Source: Oopsacas minuta | Lineage: Eukaryota; Animalia; Porifera | Direction of reading: 5' to 3' | DNA length: 64,000 bases | Assembly: GCA_024704765.1 (NCBI GenBank) | Contig: JAKMXF010000310.1 | Span: 62,001 to 126,000 of the forward strand | Part shown: positions 34,518-44,265 of the stretch, piece after piece | Layout of the letters: every line of letters starts with the position of its first letter | Numbering within the stretch: position 1 is the stretch's first letter | Made by a program: the position numbers and the translations under genes | Notes under the pieces: model-generated | Database searches by the model: none | Seen by the model: the letters and a program-made list of their open reading frames with translations, nothing else | What the model was told of the DNA's origin: nothing

Positions 34518-36776
34518 ATGAGTTATGCTATTTCTAAAGTTGTAACAAAGAAGGCAAAGCCAAATGGGTTTCTTGTGTTTATGCAAGATATTCGTGACCG
34601 TTACAGAGAAGAAGGACAACGTGTACCTTCTATTGCCGAAATGGTGAATATTGCTAATCCTCTCTGGTCCAAACTCTCCCCTCAAGACAGGTCCTACTTC
34701 AATCAAAGAGCAAAAGTGTCCTCAAAAAGTGGTCTGAGCATAGCTAAGGTTGTTGCAGACACTAGACTGGATTGTCTTGGAGAACCACTGGCTGACCGAG
34801 TAGATGAAAAAGGTCAAACTGAAGAGCGACGTAAAACAGAACGTCAGTTCACACGTGCCAGATGGCCAGTGGGTAGAGCAGCAGCTAGATGTAGATTCTA
34901 TTTCATAGATTTTCAGTTTATATGTCACGTAGAGAAGGGGAACTATTATCCATGCGAAATCGCGGCTATTGAGTATAGCATTGAATGTGGTATTATTCGT
35001 AATTGGCACAAGTTCATAGACCCAGGTAGGATCCCTACTGGATACAGGTGGGAAGCTCAGAACCGTAGCGAACAGACCCACAAGATTCCAATTGAAAAAT
35101 TCGAATTTGCTGAGAACAACTATGGGATGATTTTACATGAACTCCAGAAGTTTATTAACCCGAGAAATGAGAGTGAATTCCCGCCTATTTTCACACGTAA
35201 AGAAGATGCAGAAATGGTAGAGAGTTGTTGTCGCTGGCTCGCAGAGCGGACAGAAACACGTCACGACTTATTCAAGGTGTACGTGCTAGAGTACCTCTTG
35301 ATTGATCTGTCTAGCCACATTTCTGACATTGCTCCCTCTGCCCATGAAGCTAAGGACATGCTCTCCTCTTCTGCCTTTGACTACGAGCCTGGCGTGAATT
35401 GCAAGTGGCATGAAGATCTAGAAGTCCGTCACTGCTCCTTGGGGGTTGTTAACCGGCTAGCTTACATACTGTCTGATCACCTATGTCCTAAATACAACAT
35501 TACTATGGGTTCTAAACATCTCCCGCTTGTGACAGATAACCAACAACACACAGTACTCTCTCCCGGTCCCCAGGATGCAGATTTTGTGTTCCCTTCTCGC
35601 GACTACAGATACTTCCCTTCTTCCAGACAAACTCCCCAATACTCCAATTCTGGTCAAAATGGGGATGAAAATGAAAGTGTAGCCTCCTTCACAACGGGTT
35701 CATTAAACAGTTCCTTTGCCCCTAATACTCCTGTCGTAGGTTCCTCTAGTCCCGGGAGTAACAACAGGAAATGGCGTGGTAGGGGTCGTAGTAAGATGCA
35801 TGTAAGTGGTTATGAACAACCTGAAGTGGGTGGAGCACATTCTACCTCTGGGACAGCAGGAGACACGCTGCATGACACAGACTATGAGAGCTTAGCTAGT
35901 ACAGAATCAGCACTGAACTCATTGCGTCTAACTTCTGTTTCTGAAAAGAATATACCACCACATTCTTGGTATCCTGGGGTTACACCTCCTGCACCACCAC
36001 CACCTGGACAGGGTTTCTCTCCTCCTCAGAACCCCGCCCTCCCATCTGACGACTACTACAATCCTTATCCCTTACCTCCCTCTGGTAGTGTCCCTACACC
36101 CCCTGTACCAAATCCTGCTCCTGTCTACTACAATCCCTCTCCCTCTCACCCACAGAATATGTACAATCAGCAGATACCCAATGTATCTAATACAGTACCT
36201 CAATACAACAATCCAGGAATTGCTCAGAATTCAGTCAGCAATTATCCACCACAACATCCACCTGCTAACATCTCTACCTCTCAGCCTACTCTCCTGCAAC
36301 AACCTGGTCACACCTACCCTCCTGCACCACCTCCTGTATACCAATACCCTCAATACCAACATCCTCCTCCACCAGCTCAACAACCTTATCTCTACACACC
36401 TCCATACGATCAAAGTATTCAACAGTCTCCGTTAACCCATGCACTTCAAACACAGTCATATAACCCCAATCCTCCTCACAGTATGATCCAGTCTATGCAG
36501 CAGCCTGTTCCTCTTCCTGTACAAGGTATGCTTCCTACTCAATCTCAACCTCAAGTACCACCCAATTTACCTCATTATCAGCAATACACTCAGTATCCAC
36601 AGAATTCAGCTCCTACTGGACAATATCCTACACCACAATACGTTACACCACATCCTATGCAAGCTATAAATCCGAGTAGTACCCAGATGTGTGGTGCTAA
36701 TCCAATACAACAGGGTGCTTACTATCCACAGCCTCTCCCTGTATCTCCTCCTAAGACATACACACAGCCCCTATAA
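34518..36776 (+). CDS. MAEL: Maelstrom: HMG box, MAEL domain and a long Pro/Gln/Tyr-rich tail; single exon
   Basis: HMG-like N-terminus (NGFLVFMQD...W.KLSPQDR..F). MAEL motifs YYPCEIAAIEYSIECGI, HKFIDPGRIPTGYRWEAQ..SEQTHKIP and CKWHE...HCSL (ECHC Zn ligands). Confidence 0.9.
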   Translation: MSYAISKVVTKKAKPNGFLVFMQDIRDRYREEGQRVPSIAEMVNIANPLWSKLSPQDRSYFNQRAKVSSKSGLSIAKVVADTRLDCLGEPLADRVDEKGQTEERRKTERQFTRARWPVGRAAARCRFYFIDFQFICHVEKGNYYPCEIAAIEYSIECGIIRNWHKFIDPGRIPTGYRWEAQNRSEQTHKIPIEKFEFAENNYGMILHELQKFINPRNESEFPPIFTRKEDAEMVESCCRWLAERTETRHDLFKVYVLEYLLIDLSSHISDIAPSAHEAKDMLSSSAFDYEPGVNCKWHEDLEVRHCSLGVVNRLAYILSDHLCPKYNITMGSKHLPLVTDNQQHTVLSPGPQDADFVFPSRDYRYFPSSRQTPQYSNSGQNGDENESVASFTTGSLNSSFAPNTPVVGSSSPGSNNRKWRGRGRSKMHVSGYEQPEVGGAHSTSGTAGDTLHDTDYESLASTESALNSLRLTSVSEKNIPPHSWYPGVTPPAPPPPGQGFSPPQNPALPSDDYYNPYPLPPSGSVPTPPVPNPAPVYYNPSPSHPQNMYNQQIPNVSNTVPQYNNPGIAQNSVSNYPPQHPPANISTSQPTLLQQPGHTYPPAPPPVYQYPQYQHPPPPAQQPYLYTPPYDQSIQQSPLTHALQTQSYNPNPPHSMIQSMQQPVPLPVQGMLPTQSQPQVPPNLPHYQQYTQYPQNSAPTGQYPTPQYVTPHPMQAINPSSTQMCGANPIQQGAYYPQPLPVSPPKTYTQPL

Positions 36777-37513
36777 ACTTCATTCCTCCTTGTGTTTCTC
36801 TAGTTGTGTTACTCTACGCACATGAACAAATGTTCCTGGATTTAATTTTGTTGATTCCATTGAGCATTCGTTTACTATAATTCAAACACATTTCGCGATA
36901 TATATTTTCATTATGAATTTGTCTTATCTCTAGATAAATATATCATGTAGTTACTGTTAGTTTAAGTTATAGAGAGTACGAGTGTAGACAACAAGAATGA
37001 CAGGTCGACGGCATTTGTTTTTACACTGTAACCTCGAATTTCTGTCAACTCGCAAATGCGTAAACTTCGTAGGTTCCGGGAGCTAGAGAGGTACACAACA
37101 CAACACCCAATGAATAGAGGAATTTGAGCTGGCCTCTATCAACTCCAGGTTTCTAGTTTCTACCCTCCTAGCCCTCGGGATCGAGATTAATGGCCAGAAC
37201 TTCTGGTGACCGAATTGTGAAACTTTTATCAGATATTTTCAAATAGTTTCATGATTCCATTAATTAACATTTGTCATACTACCATAGATTTGAAAGTTTC
37301 GAGGTTTCATGGCTTACACCGCCTTACATAACTACAAAACTCAGGGTACCCACCAATGTCAATGGGTCGCCAATATTTGTGTTTTTATTTTCGTGATTAC
37401 ACACTCACAGGAACCACGAATTTTCAGATCTATAGTATTAAGGAAAATTAGTTAGATCGTGGTCACGGATAGATATAGCACTTAGATTTTATAGTGATAC
37501 TAATAATTGGAGG

Positions 37514-37713
37514 CACTATACACTATACACTATACACTATACACTATACACTATACACTATACACTATACACTATACACTATACACTATACACTATACAC
37601 TATACACTATACACTATACTATACACTATACACTATACACTATACACTATACACTATACACTATACACTATACACTATACACTATACACTATAGTCTATA
37701 GACTATACACTAT
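37514..37713. repeat. 7-bp tandem repeat (CACTATA)n grading into (GACTATA) units
   Basis: About 24 CACTATA units with one 5-nt slip, then variant units. Confidence 0.95.
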
Positions 37714-38008
37714 AGACTATAGACTGTTAAATTTATACCCAATTCATGATCCATGGTGTCTCCAATTTATACTGACTCTTTAAATAATTTCAATTATAAT
37801 ACTGAACTGTCATCCGAGTTGTAATCTAAAATTTTTTTCTGGTGTCCTTATAGCCAGCATTGGATCACTCTATTGAGATAAGATGTACCCCTTGGGAAAA
37901 AAATCGGTACGTAGTAACACTGTAACAGAGGTACTTCTTACCCGAATATTATTCCTATACGATCCGAGTTCTACTGAAACTAACATTTAATTAGATTAAT
38001 AAATATTA

Positions 38009-41000
38009 ATGGAAGAATTCTGTAAGCACATCAATGTCCCTCGCCCTCCTTTGATCTCTCTTAAAAATGTAATCAAAATATCATTTACACAACCTCAACA
38101 AGAAATTACATCACACTCAGAGCTACCTAATTATATGTTAAATAAGATTATGATGCTTGATTCTACCAGTAGGAAATTTCCTCAACCAATTGACTATTTT
38201 AATCCAACTCCAGATACAAAGAGTACTCTGAATATAATGAGACTAGTATCTAAGAATATATCTGATAATCAGGGTATTCAGATACATCCTATGGATGTTT
38301 TTCTATTCCTATTCATTCATTGTGATCCAATATTTCGCCAAACTTTCATTACGCAGGTATCAAAGTGTCAGCTTTCTCTTCCTCTGATTGCTTCTTATCC
38401 GTCTGCACAAGAGCCCACCTTCTATTTATTCGCTCTCAAAACGCTCTATAAGGATTATCTTAGTGAGAATAATACTGGAATTTCCTTCTCTGTTGCGGAA
38501 CAAAGACTTCCAATAATTTCATTTATCCGAATTGGAGAATGTGGTAAAAGTCAGAAATCAGAAATGTTAAATCAAATTGTTGGAATACCTGATTATTTTT
38601 TTCATAGAAATCAGCTGGGCAATGCGAAAAAACGATATTTTCTTGATGGAACTGTAGAAATTGCATGGCTCCTTCCTATAAATCAACCTCAACACACACC
38701 AAATATTTTAATTTCTCAACCATGTGTCATTTTGAATTTGAGAGGCAATGCCATGATTTTCCCAAAACAACTAGATTTCATTACTTCTATTTCAACTCTT
38801 TTGTATATATTCGTCCCCTTTAACCAATGCGATCAAAGTATTTGTCAGAATTTAGGCTATATCCATCAACAACATATGACCAAATTAGTTTATCTACTAT
38901 ATGTCGGAGATCCTCCCATACCGCCTGTCTTTGAACCAACTATTCCTGAGTTTTTGGAAGAACAGAGTAACACTGTGCTTTTTCTCCGCAAAGAAAGTTT
39001 AGGACAAGATTCACATATTCTTGCTCAGAATATCTCATCAAATTTGCAGAATGTTCCAATATTGTATATATCTTTGGATGATTGTAAGTCTATAGCCATT
39101 AAATATTCAATATCCTTAGACACACATGAGAATAATATAGACGATTGTCAGACAATAGTTGATACAATTCTTCATCAAATGTTTCATACGCCTCTTGATT
39201 CAGGACAGTGTGAATCCCTTGCGGTTGTGAAGCAATCTATGTTGCCTTTACAAACTCAGTGTTGGTCTCAATGGGCTGAAGCGAATCGAGAGTTACATAT
39301 CGTTGCCACTCACGATTATGAGCAATCTGCAAAAAGCAAAAAGAAAGATGCACGTGAACAACAGTTGCAGATTTTACAAAACCCATCATCTCTATTAATT
39401 AATATTATTAAACATTGTAATAGTTTTGGAAGTTCTGATGGAGACTTTTATACTATTTGGAATCTGTTAAGTAACGACTTTAATACTTTATCCAAGCTAC
39501 ACCTACCTCCCCTTTATGAGAATTATAAAATGTTGCATAAAAAAAGCTACTCAACTGATACTGAATCAGACATGGATATCGATCAGAGAGATCAATATCA
39601 GCAACAATGCAAGCAGGAACTAGTGTTAGCAGCGAGAAGTATTGCTGAGTCTTCATTCGGTATTGAACATATCTTTCGTGAATTAGGTCAGCTGTTTGAA
39701 CTTTATAATTTTTGTTCCAAAAAGCAAAGATACCTCATAGATAGAACTCTAGATTTCCAAATTCTAACTTTACAGACTATTGCAGCTAACCTTCTGATAG
39801 AAGGTCATGCCTTCGAGATTATTGATGGTGATGTTAACCACATTGCTATGAAATGGGTAAAAAATGTATTGAAAAGTTTGACTTCTCTTATTGGTTATAA
39901 AAAAAAGATCTTTGTTGTCTCAATTCTTGGAACTCAGAGTACAGGAAAATCCACTCTCCTTAACACGATGTTCGGAGCAAAGTTTCCTGTTTCTTCTGGA
40001 CGTTGCACGCGTGGGATATTTATGCAATTAATTCCTATAGAAGAGAAACTACGATCTCAACTCAGATATGACTATGTTGTTATATTAGACACTGAAGGAT
40101 TACGAGCACCAGAATTATCGATTAACTCATCTTACAGACGAGACAATGAGCTAGCTACAATAGCAGTTGGACTTGGAGATGTTACTGTAATTAATATTTA
40201 TGGAGAGGGACATAGTGATGTACAGGATATTTTACAGATAATTGTTTTCGCGTTTATTCGCATGAAGGAATCATTTTCTAAACCGAGATGTATGTTTGTT
40301 CATCAAAACGTGCCAGATACTCATGCTCATACTAACCTCATCTCTGCTAGAAGTAACTTAATTAAAACATTAGATAAGATGACAGAGTGTGCTGCTCTGC
40401 AAGAAAACAAACATGCATTTTATAAACAATTCGCTGATGTTATCGAGTTTCATCCTGATGAAGAAGTTTTCTATTTTCCAGGTTTATTCGAGGGGGAGCC
40501 TCCACTCAGTAGAGTATCTTCTGGATACTCTAGGAAATCAGGGATGTTGAGACATACTCTGTTGAATTGCTTCGCCAATAATCCGGAGAGAAAATTTCAA
40601 TCATTGGGAGATTGGTCAAAGAAGCTCGAATTGCTATGGAAATCTGTCCTTGAAGAAAACTTTGTTTTTTCATACAGAAATGCTCTAGAAGTAACTTCGA
40701 GATTCGAATTGGATCGTAAGATATCATCTTGGCATTCTTCTTATATTCAATCTTTGAATAAATGGAAATCTGATTCTATTAATCAACTGTTCAATGCAGA
40801 TTTTGAAGAAATTGATGGAACTTATAAGAATATATTATCAATATTGCAAGATGAAATGATCACACCATCGATTGAGTTTCCTCAGCAGGAAGTTTTAATG
40901 GTTTGCTATTTTGTCGACCATGAGAATGTTGAAATATTTTCTCAATGGAAGGCAAACACTGCTCTGCATTTTGAAAGTAGACGAGAGAAACATATGCACA

Positions 41001-42916
41001 CGACTGAAAAGGAGTACCAGAGGATCTACAATCTTCAAAAAACTAAGAAAAAAATGGATGAGAATTATGTTAAATATCGTAAAGAAATCGTATCAAAAGT
41101 GAAGACACTTTTCGCTGATATGAACCAAAGAGGTGAGTCTCTGAAAAACAATTCCTTATTAGACTCGAAATTCCAAACAATTTGGGATGAGTGGAAATCA
41201 CAAATAGAGGTTGAGGAAGCTGAGTCGGTTAACATTAGTAACGACTTACAAAGGATCATCCTGGATTCGGATATCATTAAATCAATGCATGTGATATCTG
41301 ATAAGTCAATACTTCTTAAAGAGACCAATAAATTTCTTACTATAGGTCAGGATGAATTTACTAATTCAACACTATTACATCTACAAAATGAATCCACATC
41401 ATATTTCTACCTAAAGGATATTATTAAAAAAGTAATGGTCATTGTAGGAACTATTAAAAAGATATTTTCGAGGACACCTAATACTGGTGCCAATCAGTTT
41501 AAAACTATTTTAGGTATTTTAGACACAGAATGCAGGAGAGAAATAAACGATTATCTATCCTCACTATTGAATAGTGAGAGTCCATATGATGCCAACTATT
41601 TCCATATTATTATCGACATTTGTTACAACATATTACACAAGCAGAATTCTACTCAAAAATGCAACTTACAACAGTCACTAGAGTTTTCTATGGATTTCTT
41701 CTTTGATTATATTTTCTATCAATGTTGCAAGGCCATTCCAACACTATGGGAGATCCACGAACAGTTTACATTGAGGACAAGCTTATCTCTGAAATTCGAG
41801 CAACTGGAAGAAAATTTTAAATTTACTTTCAATCAACTCTGTCAGGGTATTGAATCAGAACATTTATGTGCTTCAGAATTAGCAAGGATAACGATGTCTG
41901 GTTTGAAAGATCGATTGGCTGATTCGGTTCCTCAGATCTTCCTTTCTATTTTCATGCAGTGTCCTAAACACGACACAATATTCAAGGACAGGTCTTCTCT
42001 TATCCTCAGGATTCTCAAAGATCTAGCTCGTGATAGAGATTTTGATAAGTATTTATCCTACATAAAGGATCCTAATAATTACCTGGTAGATTTCGTACAA
42101 AAACAACTTAAAGAATATTCAACAAAGGATTTTGTATTGAAACGTATTTTAAAAGAATTGCTAACTAAATTGAATATGGAAATACCATTTTGTATATCAG
42201 AATGTAATAAAGCGTGCCCTCAAGACGATATATTAATTTCAGGTACTTGGACAAGATTCAAAGAGGATTTTTATTCGCGGATTAACCAAAAAGTTAGGAA
42301 TGTTTCTTTTAGTGATTTAGATGTGCTGGACTTACACAATATATCAAATTATCCTCAATTCTGTGATTTCTATGCCGCTAACTTGGAATCTCCCTTGAAT
42401 GACGTTGAATTGCTTGAATGGATTAAAAACATTCTCAACAAAGAAGTCTCTCTCTACAAAAATATTACTGATGCTATTCATGATTGTCAGGAGTTGTGTC
42501 CATTTTGCAATGAACTTTGTCAGCTATCTTCTTGTAAACATGAACATTATTGTAGTACATTCCATCGTCCGCAAGGGTTGTTTGGCTGGCGTTATATCGA
42601 AACTCAACAAATAGTGTTATCTGAATGTACCACAAACATTCGCTATAATTGTAAATTTCTTTATGAAGGAAAATATTATGATTACGTTAAATACAAATCT
42701 GTAAATGCAAGATTTAAGTCTTGGAAGATTTTAGGTGAAGATGCTCTAGAGTCTAAGTATTGGCGTTGGGTTCTTTGCCAATTTGAAGATAATTTTGTTA
42801 AACATTATGATATTCTACCGAATCCAGAAACTTCTAATTGGAAACATCTCACTGAAGACGACGTAATTGAGGATCTAGAATCACAGTATAGACATCATAT
42901 CTTTAAGAAGGATTAG
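38009..42916 (+). CDS. GVIN1: Very large inducible GTPase (GVIN1/URGCP-like), 1635 aa, single exon
   Basis: G1 GTQSTGKSTLLNTMFG, G2 GRCTRGIF, G3 DTEGLRA and DNELAT; degenerate upstream module ISFIRIGECGKSQKS; C-terminal Cys/His cluster CPFC...C...H...HRPQG. Confidence 0.9.
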   Translation: MEEFCKHINVPRPPLISLKNVIKISFTQPQQEITSHSELPNYMLNKIMMLDSTSRKFPQPIDYFNPTPDTKSTLNIMRLVSKNISDNQGIQIHPMDVFLFLFIHCDPIFRQTFITQVSKCQLSLPLIASYPSAQEPTFYLFALKTLYKDYLSENNTGISFSVAEQRLPIISFIRIGECGKSQKSEMLNQIVGIPDYFFHRNQLGNAKKRYFLDGTVEIAWLLPINQPQHTPNILISQPCVILNLRGNAMIFPKQLDFITSISTLLYIFVPFNQCDQSICQNLGYIHQQHMTKLVYLLYVGDPPIPPVFEPTIPEFLEEQSNTVLFLRKESLGQDSHILAQNISSNLQNVPILYISLDDCKSIAIKYSISLDTHENNIDDCQTIVDTILHQMFHTPLDSGQCESLAVVKQSMLPLQTQCWSQWAEANRELHIVATHDYEQSAKSKKKDAREQQLQILQNPSSLLINIIKHCNSFGSSDGDFYTIWNLLSNDFNTLSKLHLPPLYENYKMLHKKSYSTDTESDMDIDQRDQYQQQCKQELVLAARSIAESSFGIEHIFRELGQLFELYNFCSKKQRYLIDRTLDFQILTLQTIAANLLIEGHAFEIIDGDVNHIAMKWVKNVLKSLTSLIGYKKKIFVVSILGTQSTGKSTLLNTMFGAKFPVSSGRCTRGIFMQLIPIEEKLRSQLRYDYVVILDTEGLRAPELSINSSYRRDNELATIAVGLGDVTVINIYGEGHSDVQDILQIIVFAFIRMKESFSKPRCMFVHQNVPDTHAHTNLISARSNLIKTLDKMTECAALQENKHAFYKQFADVIEFHPDEEVFYFPGLFEGEPPLSRVSSGYSRKSGMLRHTLLNCFANNPERKFQSLGDWSKKLELLWKSVLEENFVFSYRNALEVTSRFELDRKISSWHSSYIQSLNKWKSDSINQLFNADFEEIDGTYKNILSILQDEMITPSIEFPQQEVLMVCYFVDHENVEIFSQWKANTALHFESRREKHMHTTEKEYQRIYNLQKTKKKMDENYVKYRKEIVSKVKTLFADMNQRGESLKNNSLLDSKFQTIWDEWKSQIEVEEAESVNISNDLQRIILDSDIIKSMHVISDKSILLKETNKFLTIGQDEFTNSTLLHLQNESTSYFYLKDIIKKVMVIVGTIKKIFSRTPNTGANQFKTILGILDTECRREINDYLSSLLNSESPYDANYFHIIIDICYNILHKQNSTQKCNLQQSLEFSMDFFFDYIFYQCCKAIPTLWEIHEQFTLRTSLSLKFEQLEENFKFTFNQLCQGIESEHLCASELARITMSGLKDRLADSVPQIFLSIFMQCPKHDTIFKDRSSLILRILKDLARDRDFDKYLSYIKDPNNYLVDFVQKQLKEYSTKDFVLKRILKELLTKLNMEIPFCISECNKACPQDDILISGTWTRFKEDFYSRINQKVRNVSFSDLDVLDLHNISNYPQFCDFYAANLESPLNDVELLEWIKNILNKEVSLYKNITDAIHDCQELCPFCNELCQLSSCKHEHYCSTFHRPQGLFGWRYIETQQIVLSECTTNIRYNCKFLYEGKYYDYVKYKSVNARFKSWKILGEDALESKYWRWVLCQFEDNFVKHYDILPNPETSNWKHLTEDDVIEDLESQYRHHIFKKD

Positions 42917-43261
42917 CTGTCTGAGAAGTATATTTACTTACTTACTGAAAATTTGATACGTATTGTCTTTATACGTATAATAATATTTTTTATTTTTCAG
43001 TAAATGCTTTCTAATTGTATATGCGCAGACATCTATATACGCGGGCGTGACACCTTCACACCATGGTTAAATTCGTAAAATAATGATTTGATCTAACATA
43101 AATTCTGTTTACTTGGAATTTCCATTCTTTTTGTGCAAAATGCTAGGAAATTTTAAAAATTTTAAGATTAATATGTGGATTTTCATTATATCTGACTCAT
43201 AACTGGCTCCATTTCCTTTGTCACCATGTATAGCTTAGATTTATTATAGATGACTATAATA

Positions 43262-43675
43262 TCTATATTATTAAATCTCAATTGTTGTTTGTCTGTTTGT
43301 TTGTCCGTTGTCAAGGAAAGGATTTACGGTATGCAATTTGGAAATTGTCGCAGAACTATGTATTTATCAAGGAAGTGAAAGAATTCAACAAAACTGCACT
43401 AAATATGTATATCGAACAAGCTGAATCCGAATTTCACACTTTTTGGGTTAATCATATGTAAATTTTTTGTTGTTTTTATGAATATAAAGTAAACAAATTT
43501 CAATATTGAGGTAGAATCATACTTTCAACGACTATACTGGGATACTCGAATATACTGAGTCTGAATATTGTAAACAATATCAATATTATTAAATCTCAAT
43601 TGTTGTTTGTCCGTTGAATATCTCGAGGCGAAATGCGCCGAGTTCATCGCGAAGCGTCGAGCGAAAGGCTCGTAT
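43262..43675 (+). mobile_element. Helitron-like non-autonomous element(s)
   Basis: A|TCTATATTATTAAA...GTCTGTTTGTTTGTCCG 5' signature, repeated at ~43582, and a GC-rich 3' segment GCGAAGCGTCGAGCGAAAGGCTCGT. Confidence 0.45.
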
Positions 43676-44265
43676 ATATTTAATAATATTATGAAACCCA
43701 AACTCTTCAAAGTTATAAAGGAAATTGAGCCAGTTAGAGTCGGATATGATGAAAGTTCCAACATAAATAAATATTCAAAGGTTTCTCTTCCATTTATACA
43801 CAAAAGTATAGAACAATTCCAAGTAAAAAAAATTTTAGGTTAGATGAAAGTAGCCCTATACGAATTTTACCATGAATTGAAAGTGTCACATCTGTGTGTA
43901 TAGGTGCTCGTATTGTATATAACTTCCTATTACGATTTCGCTTTTAGTAACCAACATGGCCACTGGTAAATCGGGTCAAGTACCAGAAAAAACTATGCTA
44001 ATAGTGTACATAATTGTTTAATCGGCCCAGCACTTTGTTTCCGGTTAAAATCAGGTCAAAATAGCAGGGTCTTGAAGTGACTAATCATAGGCTATGGCTC
44101 AGTCTACTGTATATTCATTTATCAAACGTCACACACACATATATCTCTCTCTATATATATATGAGGTAAATATATACACCTGCAAATACAAATCCTCTGT
44201 AATTAACTTTTAAAGATAATCGTATAATATACATCTGAGGCACCAGGTTCACACACATCTTACTT

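Noticed and set aside
37494-37701. ORFs made of YTIHYTL repeats; CRISPR-like or telomeric array
   Set aside because: These are translations of a 7-bp microsatellite with no spacers, and the unit is not a recognisable telomere motif.
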